Below, one piece after another: positions 1 to 8,667 of a stretch of DNA of 64,000 bases. The translations under genes were made by a program, and so were the position numbers. The notes beneath the pieces are model-generated. The model was not told where the DNA came from, did no database searches, and saw nothing but the letters and a program-made list of their open reading frames with translations. Source of the stretch: a virus; the IMG/VR virus record IMGVR_UViG_2100351000_000014. One strand, 5' to 3'. Positions within the stretch are counted from its first letter, which is position 1. The number at the start of each line of letters is the position of its first letter.

Positions 1-99
1 ATATGGCTCTGAATCCATAACAGCAACGTTATACCAGTACTTAAAACCGTCCCACGCCCGAAACTTAATAATATCCATAGATACCTCCTTAAACTTTTG

Positions 100-519
100 C
101 TATTGCCTTTCTAAGTAATAAAAATCCTGTGTATCTTTGCTTTCTGAAACATGAAGTTTTACACGATACCCCATAGTTGCTAATCTACTAAGATATAGCC
201 TCATACGTCTTTCGCGATCTACCTCATAAGCTCCAATGGCAATATATTTAGGTTGCCATACGTCTAGATAATACCTAATAGAATCTTCAAGTTTCCGCAT
301 TATAACCATATTGAAGGTTTTTCTAATAGCCATAACTACGGCAGCGTGTTTTTCGTATGGCCTATTCTTAGCGGTCATCGCTGTTAGGTGTATATAGAAC
401 CAAGGTATATATCTACCTCCATCATCGAAAGGATTATCCTCCTTTGCAACATTAACGATATAAACATACCCATCATGTTCTATCCTGGACCAATCGCCCC
501 ACCTGCTAAGAACTGGCAC
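100..519 (-). CDS. hypothetical phage protein
   Basis: 139-aa ORF co-oriented with neighbours; no recognised motif. Confidence 0.6.
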   Translation of the reverse strand: MPVLSRWGDWSRIEHDGYVYIVNVAKEDNPFDDGGRYIPWFYIHLTAMTAKNRPYEKHAAVVMAIRKTFNMVIMRKLEDSIRYYLDVWQPKYIAIGAYEVDRERRMRLYLSRLATMGYRVKLHVSESKDTQDFYYLERQ

Positions 520-531
520 GATATATACTCC

Positions 532-1350
532 TTAGGCTAACGGTATATGATACTTACTCGCGCTCTGCATAGCGTTGCGAGTCGGGGCGGGTTGCTTGCC
601 CTTGTCCCTGTCTATCCACTTACGGATAGCAATATCATCGCGCTTGTATTTATACCCTTTAAGGGCCTTCCCTTGCGATAGCTCCTCTATCATCGCCTTT
701 ATCTTTTCTTCACCATAGTCCTTTATTAAAGCATCGTATTGAGAATCCGTCAAGAGGACATTATTCTCAGACCCATATTTGTGCCTTTGCGCGGGCGGAA
801 CAGTATCTTTAATTCCTTCCTGTTCGTTGCCACTCTCGGGGAATAAGGTGGAATTATTGCTTGAATCAGGAGAAAGCGGCGAAGGCGAAGCCTGAACCGC
901 TCTTATATTAGGATTATTGATAGAAGGATTATTGATAGAAGAGTCTTTTGCCCCCCCTGAATTGTCCTTTGTCACGGGACAACCCGGGGTAGTGACATGG
1001 GACATTCCAGCCCCACCCTGGACAAGTGGGGTATATACCTCTTCAACTAGCCTAAAACAAGAGAAGCTTCCACCTATATCTCTCTTGACGAATTGTTCCA
1101 TTAAACCGCACTCGATAAAGTTTCGGAAGTGCCTTCCTATGTTTTTAGGAGTGTTAATACCTAAGATGGGAAGATCATCTATGATAGCGCTATACTTTAC
1201 CCAGAGATATTCTTTACCGTCATTATATACCTTCGCCATTTTTCCCGTATGGTAAAAGTCAACGAACCATCTAAGAATTAAAGCATCGTCCGCGTCTAGC
1301 TTCAAAGAGACAAGCTTCTCTTGTGAAAATCCATTGATAGTGTATTGCAT
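532..1350 (-). CDS. phage replication initiator / replisome organizer
   Basis: N-terminal wHTH-like region (FSQEKL..LDADDALILRWFVDF), low-complexity linker with internal DNA repeats, C-terminal helical domain (YGSENNVLLT..Y..L..DYGEE...AIRKW) typical of lambda O-like phage initiators. Confidence 0.6.
   Translation of the reverse strand: MQYTINGFSQEKLVSLKLDADDALILRWFVDFYHTGKMAKVYNDGKEYLWVKYSAIIDDLPILGINTPKNIGRHFRNFIECGLMEQFVKRDIGGSFSCFRLVEEVYTPLVQGGAGMSHVTTPGCPVTKDNSGGAKDSSINNPSINNPNIRAVQASPSPLSPDSSNNSTLFPESGNEQEGIKDTVPPAQRHKYGSENNVLLTDSQYDALIKDYGEEKIKAMIEELSQGKALKGYKYKRDDIAIRKWIDRDKGKQPAPTRNAMQSASKYHIPLA
911..940. repeat. tandem 15-bp direct repeat (GGATTATTGATAGAA x2) inside the initiator gene; possible iteron/ori
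   Basis: exact duplication at 911-925 and 926-940; lambdoid origins lie inside the initiator gene. Confidence 0.5.
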
Positions 1351-1359
1351 TTTATTTAT

Positions 1360-1647
1360 TTATTCCTTTAGTGCCATAGCATCCGGTATTGCGTTTTTTA
1401 TCATCGATACAAATAGATCAATCTGTTCTGCAGAAAGGATGATCTCATCATACCCGTTCTGATTGAACGCACTAGGCTGTGAGATTCGGATAACCCCATC
1501 ACTACCAGTAACCTCAACTTCCAATACTTTCACTTTGTAACTCCTTGTAAAATAAAAAGCCCGACAATTCGACCGCCTGCATTCGGTCTTATCATCGGGA
1601 ATCCCGCACAAAATTGGCGGCGATAGATGCAGGGCTATCGTAGCCAA
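1360..1647 (-). CDS. hypothetical protein
   Basis: 95-aa ORF downstream of conserved promoter motif. Confidence 0.5.
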   Translation of the reverse strand: MATIALHLSPPILCGIPDDKTECRRSNCRAFYFTRSYKVKVLEVEVTGSDGVIRISQPSAFNQNGYDEIILSAEQIDLFVSMIKNAIPDAMALKE

Positions 1648-1693
1648 TCTCTACTAATTTGTCAACCGGCGTGCGGCTGAACTGTCTCTACAT

Positions 1694-1727
1694 AATATAT
1701 ACCATAAAGAGGCAAAAAATTGTACTG
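1694..1727 (-). promoter_or_regulatory. phage-specific promoter motif copy 1
   Basis: CAGTACAA-N15-TGGTATATATT on minus strand. Confidence 0.6.
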
Positions 1728-1747
1728 CATTATTTGGGCCATTTTAT

Positions 1748-2089
1748 TTACTCCTTATACTCAATTACTTTCAATCCGTGGGCGATTGCTCTAGATTTCA
1801 TATTTTCAGTACCACTCCCACCTGGAAACAAAATACACGCATCGGCATATTGTGCCATTTGTTCATTCCGCATAGGCCCAGCTGCTTTCCCGTATTTATT
1901 CCAGTCGGCGGGGAATGACTTTAATGGGAATCCCATGCGCTCCGCTATTTTCTCTCCCATCGCATCGGCCCCACTCGCTTTGCCTGAAACGACTTCGGTA
2001 CACTTCAAAGAAAGTAACATATCACGAAGCCAAAACCAAGCGCAACGAGTAGGGCGATAATCACGGCCACCGGCAATTATTACTTTCAT
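1748..2089 (-). CDS. SLOG family protein (DUF2493/YspA-like)
   Basis: KVIIAGGRDY...VVSGKASGAD...FPADWNKYGKAAGPMRNEQMA...FPGGSGT motifs. Confidence 0.85.
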   Translation of the reverse strand: MKVIIAGGRDYRPTRCAWFWLRDMLLSLKCTEVVSGKASGADAMGEKIAERMGFPLKSFPADWNKYGKAAGPMRNEQMAQYADACILFPGGSGTENMKSRAIAHGLKVIEYKE

Positions 2090-2757
2090 TATTGAAAGTT
2101 TTTCTCTATGATTGACTTTCTTTGTATAACAGGCATTCCACTAATAATCAATTGAGCATTTAGCCTTTGTGCCCTATCTAGTTTATTAAGACAATCAACA
2201 ACTACAGAATCGCGCGGGCTCTCATTTTCTTTTAGTCCATTAAGCTCCTTGAATTGGCTAGAAGTCATCTTCAGGACGATCTTATTTATCATATTAGCTT
2301 CTGCGCTAAAGCATAGTCTGTCATTGCCTATATATTTACTAATTGCCGAGGTCATTTCCTTATATCCCTGCTTCGATATAAACCTAGTTTCAATAAGGTT
2401 AACCATAGCCTCAAATGCTTCAATATATGCCAGCTTAAAGGCCATAGCCTTTTTACCTGTAAACCCCATGGCTATAAGAGTAAATCCTTTTCTATTCATG
2501 GTATAGCCAGGTTGACTTCTCCCGTAATTATCCTTATATGACATCTGGGAAAAATATCCCACATCTTTATTATCTAGATCATTTTCAATAGATCGAATTA
2601 CCTTCAATACATCATTGTGGGGCTTATCAAATACTCTAGCCAAATCTCGGCTAGATACCCATACTTCTTGTTTCCTTTCAAACAAGCCCAATTCGGCAAT
2701 CCCGTCTCTGATAGTTGCGTTTCCGACATTCACTAGATCGTTCACTTTGTACTCCAT
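2089..2757 (-). CDS. Rha family phage regulatory protein
   Basis: VSSRDLARVFDKPHNDVLKVIR...Y.MNRKGFTLIAMGFTGKKAMAFKLAYIEAFEAM. Confidence 0.9.
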   Translation of the reverse strand: MEYKVNDLVNVGNATIRDGIAELGLFERKQEVWVSSRDLARVFDKPHNDVLKVIRSIENDLDNKDVGYFSQMSYKDNYGRSQPGYTMNRKGFTLIAMGFTGKKAMAFKLAYIEAFEAMVNLIETRFISKQGYKEMTSAISKYIGNDRLCFSAEANMINKIVLKMTSSQFKELNGLKENESPRDSVVVDCLNKLDRAQRLNAQLIISGMPVIQRKSIIEKNFQ

Positions 2758-2939
2758 TTCCGCAATGCGGATATAAAAAAACGGATTAAAGCTACTCCTT
2801 GTCAGGGGAGACGCAGGGGAAATGTTGTGAAGCCCTGCTTAGCATAAATCCGTGTTAGGTACAATCTAATCTAGTTCAACACTTAGATACAAGCGGATGA
2901 CTAGTCCGCGTGAGAGAGATTTTCAATACCCCTCTACCT

Positions 2940-2973
2940 ATTATATATCACTATGTCCCATAAAATTGTACTA
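2940..2973 (-). promoter_or_regulatory. phage-specific promoter motif copy 2
   Basis: TAGTACAA-N15-TGATATATAAT. Confidence 0.65.
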
Positions 2974-2981
2974 CATTCCTG

Positions 2982-3347
2982 CTAATCATCTTTACGGCTA
3001 TCCTTGTCAAGTTTCTGGAGTTCGCGGGCCTCAATATCAGACTGTATCCATCCAAGGAGAATATCGTTAGGACGCGAGGCCCCAGAGTCGGCAAGGAGAT
3101 GGCACCAATGATCGAACACATCGATAGGCCATACGAAATGGTAGAAGTCTAGGCCCTGGGAGCGGAGGGCGTCACGAGGCTTGAGTTTCCCGGGAGTCTT
3201 GGGCGGGGTCTGTGCCGGGCCCTTGGGCTTCTTTTCCTTTGTCTTAGGGGCTGGCTTGGGAGTTGGCTTGGGCTGTCCGACTACCTTGTCAGCTTGAGCG
3301 GAAACGGGGCGCTTAACCTTAACGATGAAATGTTTAGTTGTGGGCAT
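2982..3347 (-). CDS. hypothetical protein with Pro/Lys-rich N-terminus, possibly DNA-binding
   Basis: PKPTPKPAPKTKEKKPK tract then short helical domain; GGAG RBS upstream. Confidence 0.6.
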   Translation of the reverse strand: MPTTKHFIVKVKRPVSAQADKVVGQPKPTPKPAPKTKEKKPKGPAQTPPKTPGKLKPRDALRSQGLDFYHFVWPIDVFDHWCHLLADSGASRPNDILLGWIQSDIEARELQKLDKDSRKDD

Positions 3348-3394
3348 GTATCCTCCTATAAATATCCCCGTCCGGTTAGGGGCGGGGAATAAAC

Positions 3395-4036
3395 TTAGCT
3401 ATCTTCCGCTTCGTCAAAATCAGATTCTGCCATATTTGGTATTGCGTCGTCATTGGAAGATTCTGGCATATCTCCCATTTCCCAAGCATTTGAAAAGTCT
3501 TTATCTGCAAATAATTCAGCAAGCCCGGTTATTTGTTTAAGACGCAAAAGCTCATCCTTATCCATTCCGATATGTTTCATCATCCATCCGTCGCTCATTC
3601 CTGCCTTCGTAAGCTCTCCTACGATGTTAGACATAAGTTCAACAGAATGTTCTCCACGTGCACGATTATGTCTAATAGTCGATGCTATACGATTATCAAT
3701 GTCCTTATCAATTACAACAACAGGTAAAAGTCCATGCTCGCGTTTGTTTATCCGCTCGCTAGTCATTATAACAGTATAACGATGGTAACCATCTACAATC
3801 TCGTATACATCTTCGCTAGCGAGATAGTAGCAAACAATAGGCATAGTATAACCATCTTCCCATATTGAAAGTTCAAGCAATTTCATTTCGGGCGGAGCTA
3901 CATGATTAGGATTATATGAATTAGCCCTAATCTTGCTAACTGGTACACGCAAAACATTATAGACTGGGCTAGTGAAATTAGGGTCTATAACATTAGCTTC
4001 TTTATTCACATCGTCAAAAAGATTGCCACTCATCAT
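3395..4036 (-). CDS. IbrB-like ParB/Sulfiredoxin-domain protein
   Basis: ANSYNPNHVAPPEMKLLELSIWEDGYTMPIV...IVDGYHRY...STIRHNRARGEH. Confidence 0.9.
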   Translation of the reverse strand: MMSGNLFDDVNKEANVIDPNFTSPVYNVLRVPVSKIRANSYNPNHVAPPEMKLLELSIWEDGYTMPIVCYYLASEDVYEIVDGYHRYTVIMTSERINKREHGLLPVVVIDKDIDNRIASTIRHNRARGEHSVELMSNIVGELTKAGMSDGWMMKHIGMDKDELLRLKQITGLAELFADKDFSNAWEMGDMPESSNDDAIPNMAESDFDEAEDS

Positions 4037-4587
4037 CGTACTCCTTTCATCACAACTATCGGCCTATTAAAACCATCAAGTAAATGACTTTTAGCACTCC
4101 CTATCTTGATAGCATCGCTAGGAATAAAATAATTCTTCCTTACATTGGGTCGTTTAGAATCATCGAGCGCAAACTCTGCAATGACATAATCTCCAATACC
4201 GCGCATAGCACTAATCCATTCCTGTGTATCTCCTGGTAAATGATGCAAAACAGACATAGCCAATACAATATCAAAATGACAACAGTTTTTCAATATGGCA
4301 AGATCGGGCAATGACAACTTCCTTTCCAATAGCATTAACTTATCAGTCTTGTTTTTTCTAACATTATCCATACGCATATAAAAATGATCATATTCAAACG
4401 CCATTACAGAACAATTAAAATCTTCTATAAGGCGCAAACCAAAGTAACACATATTAGCCCCAATGTCTAAAACTGATACAGGCTTAATACTTTCACAAAA
4501 ACCTTTCACTATATTATACCTATCGCCACATTGTCTAATGCCAGAAGAAACTAATTTGCCATTGCACCATGTATCCTCATAAACCAT
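4033..4587 (-). CDS. class I SAM-dependent methyltransferase
   Basis: SVLDIGANMCYFG (motif I), FDIVLAMSVLHH. Confidence 0.8.
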   Translation of the reverse strand: MVYEDTWCNGKLVSSGIRQCGDRYNIVKGFCESIKPVSVLDIGANMCYFGLRLIEDFNCSVMAFEYDHFYMRMDNVRKNKTDKLMLLERKLSLPDLAILKNCCHFDIVLAMSVLHHLPGDTQEWISAMRGIGDYVIAEFALDDSKRPNVRKNYFIPSDAIKIGSAKSHLLDGFNRPIVVMKGVR

Positions 4588-5883
4588 TAGAGCTTCCTAT
4601 ACATTTCAAGAGCTTTTCGTTTTCTGCTATTTTGATCTTTAGTCCTTTGGCATCCCATATAAGTCAATGAAAAATACATTCTTCATAATAGTAATACATA
4701 CTCCTTTCCAACTTGGGCATATCCTAAAATTAGCATGGATACTAGTTTCATCCGGCATGCCTGATTTTATTTTTACGATCTCGTATATATCTGGTTTTGT
4801 GCAATTCTTAGCAATAGCATGAGTATTTTCTATCTCAATGCCTTCTTCTTGCATAGCTTTAATTACTCTTGGGTTGCGTCCATATCCTTCTTCGAACCAT
4901 GTTTTTTGCAACCTACCTAAGTGATAAAGTAGTTTTTTTTTAGTAGAATCGGGAAGAGTGTTTATTAAAAACTCAGCATACTGTTTCCATGTAAAATGTT
5001 TGGGCTTTGTAATATTCTTCCAGCCCATAGCAATAGTGCCACCATACATTCCTCCGAAATTGCAACCGTTTACCCTGCCTACCATCCTTCCCCACGTATC
5101 CGGGTCTATGACGCGATACAAATGGAGACTTGCCTGTCCGCACTGATGGAAAGAAGAAGCGACACGCATTTGATCAATAGTTAAACCAGCCTGATAATAC
5201 AAATCGTATACACGGTTATAGTCCCATCCGAATCTACAATTGGCTATCCATACATCCTGGGCCTTCCAGTCAAAAATAGGATAAAAATTACAAATCTTAT
5301 CACTTATCGTTTTAGACCACTTAAGCCCATCGTGCATATAGCGCCTATGCTGGCTAGTGAAAATAGCTCGCCTAGTAAGTGACTCATCAGCACGTATTCC
5401 TACTAATACGGCAGTTTTGCCATAGGTATTAGAAAACCATTCAGCGAAGTATTCACGAGTGTCGAAACCTTTTGTTTTAGGAATGAAAGGGAAAGGGCAA
5501 TTGTCCTCATTAACCACATAATCATATTCCGGCATTGGTCTTACCCATATATCCTTTGATTCCTTTGCCCATGGATACCACCTATTGTCATACATCGAAA
5601 CAGAACAGGCGGCAGAGATAGGGAGGCAAAGCCAAAACCTATGGGCTACATCATTCATAGTCTTGAATGTTCTATCGGCATACTCATGGGTAAATCGATA
5701 ATCAGCTTCATAGTCTTCGTAATAAAAAGACAATTTATGTAAAAGTTTATTTTCCTTAGCATATTTATATGCAAGATTCAGCATTATACCACTATCCTTG
5801 CCACATGAAAATGCTACCAATACATTATCAAAATCAGAGAATATCTTAGCCATTCTAGCCCAAGCTGCATCATATACATTCAC
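4587..5883 (-). CDS. IbrA-like PAPS-reductase / DUF3440 protein (1-nt insertion near 4676)
   Basis: VAFSCGKDSG PP-loop, VGIRADESLTR, YPIFDWKAQDVW; removing one base at 4676 gives the C-terminus KNDFSLTYMGCQRTK...KALEMYRKL ending in a TAATG overlap with the next start. Confidence 0.85.
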
Positions 5884-6260
5884 ATCTTCCTCCTAAACAT
5901 ATCTAATTGGCCTTCATCATAGCATTTTACTCCTCTTTCAGTCAACTCCCTTTTCTTTAATTGCATATATAATTCACATTGTGGGCGAGAGAACCCTAGT
6001 GTTTGAAGCTGAACATCGTTTTTAAGTATGGCCTTACATATTCTCCTATATGATGGTACTAGGCCTCTAGACTCTAGTTCATTAGGGGCTTCATCTGGAA
6101 GGCCGTCTGGATAGCATCTATTCTCCCATGTTTTTATATAAGAAATTATCTTTTCATATTGAGTCATAAGTAAGCTCCATTTGGTAGCTATACAAATATC
6201 TATTGTTCCATAACGCAATAGCATAGTCTGCTCTAGCATTAGCTTTATCTCGTTGCTCAT
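5880..6260 (-). CDS. stand-alone DUF3440 C-terminal-like protein (true start probably about 6167)
   Basis: YIKTWENRCYPDGLPDEAP..LE..GLVPSYRRICKAILKND..LGF resembles the IbrA C-terminus. Confidence 0.7.
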   Translation of the reverse strand: MSNEIKLMLEQTMLLRYGTIDICIATKWSLLMTQYEKIISYIKTWENRCYPDGLPDEAPNELESRGLVPSYRRICKAILKNDVQLQTLGFSRPQCELYMQLKKRELTERGVKCYDEGQLDMFRRKM

Positions 6261-6615
6261 CTGTTAGTTCCCACCATGCTTGCCTTGTTATTTGCTCTGG
6301 ACAATTTATTGCCATACAACATGCAGCATGGCCTATCCATGCACGATGATTTATTGACATATCAGTGAAATTATTTTCACATGATATTGGCCACTCTTTA
6401 GCAACACGCAACATCCAACTTCCATACAATTCATCATCTCCCGTAAAATCGATAGCCAGCCTCAGTAATGATTCTTGTTCCTCCCTATCAAGTTTTCTAT
6501 ACATACCATGTAAGTAGTCCTCCCATAGAGTATATGGATACCACTTCTGCCTAATTTCCTTTAGATTTGTCATATACAATCTTATCATCACTGTATGGGC
6601 TACAATAATAAACAA
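6154..6615 (-). CDS. conserved hypothetical partner of ibrAB-like clusters
   Basis: WEDYLHGMY...EWPISCENNFTD...NHRAWIGHAACC...CPEQITRQAWWELT; family association from recall. Confidence 0.6.
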   Translation of the reverse strand: MFIIVAHTVMIRLYMTNLKEIRQKWYPYTLWEDYLHGMYRKLDREEQESLLRLAIDFTGDDELYGSWMLRVAKEWPISCENNFTDMSINHRAWIGHAACCMAINCPEQITRQAWWELTDEQRDKANARADYAIALWNNRYLYSYQMELTYDSI

Positions 6616-6784
6616 AGTGGGCAGTATTACAATCCTTGCAATGGCTAACCGCCGTCCTAGCCTCAGAGAAGAAATTAAACTTGCAATTACAATCTACACG
6701 ATAAGGCCCCATGCGCTTCGATTGTCTTTGCGCCAAAGATTTTCTTTCTTTCCCCAAAATACACTCCTATAAAAATAAAATACT

Positions 6785-6866
6785 TGCGAGCGAGAGGACT
6801 TGAACCTCCACGCCTTGCGGCATCGGGGCCTAAACCCGACGCGTATACCAATTTCGCCACGCTCGC
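6785..6866 (-). tRNA. tRNA-Leu (anticodon UAG), class II with long variable arm
   Basis: GCGAGCG/CGCTCGC acceptor, TCGGG-TTTAGGC-CCCGA anticodon arm, GGAGG-TTCAAGT-CCTCT T arm, A73. Confidence 0.95.
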
Positions 6867-6872
6867 ATAATT

Positions 6873-6946
6873 TGCCCCAAGAGGGACTCGAACCCTCAAT
6901 AAATTGATCTTGAATCAACCGTGTCTGCCAATTCCACCATCGGGGC
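6873..6946 (-). tRNA. tRNA-Leu (anticodon CAA) with short 5-nt variable loop
   Basis: GCCCCGA/TTGGGGC acceptor, Leu-type D loop GGAATTGGCAGAC, GTTGA-TTCAAGA-TCAAT, variable region TTATT, T arm GAGGG-TTCGAGT-CCCTC. Confidence 0.9.
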
Positions 6947-6948
6947 GA

Positions 6949-7030
6949 TGCCGTAGATGGGACTCGAACCCATAAATGAACGGGGTTTAGGCCCGCGCGC
7001 TGTACCAGTTCGCACTTATCACACTACGGC
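6949..7030 (-). tRNA. atypical tRNA-Leu-like gene (anticodon UAA, C33)
   Basis: perfect GCCGTAG/CTACGGC acceptor and T arm; loop CCTAAAC; about 6 extra nt between acceptor stem and D arm; short variable region. Confidence 0.7.
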
Positions 7031-7167
7031 ATTTTGAGGGCTTCCACCACTTCACCGTGTTTACGGCTCCAAGCTCCTAAAGGTATCCTGGAATCTCTCG
7101 CCTAGCGCTGCCATGCGCCGTTAGGTTTACACTACTTGGGCGGCACTATCGCAACCTCGCTTTCTAT

Positions 7168-7377
7168 TTACGCCTTCTTAACTCCGAACAGTCCCGCAAT
7201 AACTCCCGCGAGAACGAAGACGGCCGCAACCACTCCGCCCACGACAGTCTCACCGACACCGGCGAGATACAGGGCAACGCTACCGCCGACAATTCCAACC
7301 ACGCCGCCGATCTTGAGCCAATTCTGTTTAGTCACTTTTGCACCTCGATAAAATAAGATATTGGAGCTAGGCCCCAA
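7168..7377 (-). CDS. small two-TM membrane protein
   Basis: two Gly/Val-rich hydrophobic segments. Confidence 0.6.
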   Translation of the reverse strand: MGPSSNILFYRGAKVTKQNWLKIGGVVGIVGGSVALYLAGVGETVVGGVVAAVFVLAGVIAGLFGVKKA

Positions 7378-7416
7378 ACTGGAAACAGTGTAAACGAAGT
7401 GCCCTATCTAGTCAAG

Positions 7417-7674
7417 TCACTTCCCCCAATAATCGCGTAATACTTTAGGTGAAAGCGGTTCAATCCATCGATTCTTAGGATTGCAGTGATTATCATAATT
7501 GCGATATAGGTTAGACCGATAGTCCCATATATCCCAAGAGTCAAACACACGCTTGTAGTTGCACCCATTAGACAAATCGAAATGCCTTGCCTTCTTAGCC
7601 GCGAGACGCTTTGATATTCGAGTAGGACCACAAGCGATCTTAATAATTGGAGTATGCTTTTCTGATCGGCTCAT
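7417..7674 (-). CDS. small basic hypothetical protein
   Basis: MSRSEKHTPI..., GGAGG-like RBS; N-terminus resembles 7679-7906. Confidence 0.6.
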   Translation of the reverse strand: MSRSEKHTPIIKIACGPTRISKRLAAKKARHFDLSNGCNYKRVFDSWDIWDYRSNLYRNYDNHCNPKNRWIEPLSPKVLRDYWGK

Positions 7675-7678
7675 ATTG

Positions 7679-7906
7679 CTACCACGTCCAGTCCCTAGCT
7701 ATGGGAGTATTTCTTCCGCGCTCGGCTTCGGCGTTAATGAGCTTAGTCTCATCCTCATCTATCGGGGCGTGCCTGATTTCCTTCCTAGACCATCGCTTTA
7801 TAATTTTGTTGCGAGTGTTTGAATACTTGCTATATTGATCTCGCCATGTGTCAGTAGCCCAATCAAAGAAAGAGCTAATCGGCTTATGAACGTATGTGCG
7901 GCTCAT
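7679..7906 (-). CDS. small basic hypothetical protein
   Basis: MSRTYVHKPI..., GGAGG RBS, sigma70-like promoter upstream. Confidence 0.6.
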   Translation of the reverse strand: MSRTYVHKPISSFFDWATDTWRDQYSKYSNTRNKIIKRWSRKEIRHAPIDEDETKLINAEAERGRNTPIARDWTW

Positions 7907-7961
7907 GTTGTTACCTCCGATTGCTAGTGTAGCTCGAATGTATCTCTTGTGTCAAGTGTAA

Positions 7962-7991
7962 AATAAAATAAAAGGCGACCGAAGCCGCCTT
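7962..7991 (-). terminator. intrinsic terminator after ssb
   Basis: AAGGCGGC-TTCG-GTCGCCTT followed by TTATTTT. Confidence 0.8.
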
Positions 7992-7997
7992 ACTGTA

Positions 7998-8480
7998 TTA
8001 GTGAACTAATATGCTAAAAGGTATTGAGTCCTCACCTGGAATATCATTCTTGAATGGAACCGTGCTAGGCCGTCCATTATTCGGGGTTGTGGGATTAGTA
8101 GCTTTTACCGGTTGCGTTGCACCTTGCCCCGTTCTCGTTCCATTGGGGGCATTATTCCGTGCCATGGGCTCGACCTTGAAGGCAATGATCTTCACCTTGC
8201 TACGATCTTTGCCATCCGAGTCTTTCCACTTATCCATAGTCATCTTACCTTCGACGTGGACAAGCGTTCCCTTAGTGAGTGGCGCGCAAGCCGTAGCGGT
8301 ATCCCTGAAGGCGCTAACATCGAAAAAATACGATTGTTCAACCCACTCCTCGCCTTTCTTATAGTTATCATTATAGGCAATAGAAAGATCAGCGATTGCC
8401 GTACCAGAATTAGAGTATTTCATCTCTACGTCACGGCACAGATTGCCTTCGATTATAACACTATTGATATACTTTGCCAC
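7998..8480 (-). CDS. ssb: single-stranded DNA-binding protein
   Basis: INSVIIEGNLCRDVEMKY, KGTLVHVEGK...W.DSDGKDRSKVKI, DIP..SIPF tail. Confidence 0.95.
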   Translation of the reverse strand: MAKYINSVIIEGNLCRDVEMKYSNSGTAIADLSIAYNDNYKKGEEWVEQSYFFDVSAFRDTATACAPLTKGTLVHVEGKMTMDKWKDSDGKDRSKVKIIAFKVEPMARNNAPNGTRTGQGATQPVKATNPTTPNNGRPSTVPFKNDIPGEDSIPFSILVH

Positions 8481-8481
8481 C

Positions 8482-8667
8482 TTAGTACTCTCCTCCGCCT
8501 TGTTTGTAGGCCGCTATCAAATTATCACGGGCCGCAATATACGCGACTCTGATTTGCTCATATTGTGCTAGTGCCATGTCATTTAAGTTAATCCCCGTAT
8601 CGTCTTTATAGATTGAAGGAATGCCCTTATCTGGAACTATGATATTTCTAGTTAGTTTTACTTTCAT
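8482..8667 (-). CDS. hypothetical protein
   Basis: 61-aa ORF translationally coupled to dut. Confidence 0.5.
   Translation of the reverse strand: MKVKLTRNIIVPDKGIPSIYKDDTGINLNDMALAQYEQIRVAYIAARDNLIAAYKQGGGEY

Noticed and set aside
3395-5883. Calling the cluster a Dnd phosphorothioation system
   Set aside because: No DndA/IscS, DndD or DndE homologue was recognised; the motifs fit IbrA/IbrB better
6984-6992. Reading the third tRNA loop (CCTAAAC) as an amber suppressor (CUA), implying stop-codon recoding
   Set aside because: In the 7-nt loop, positions 34-36 are UAA; many genes end cleanly at TAG and core genes are intact in the standard code
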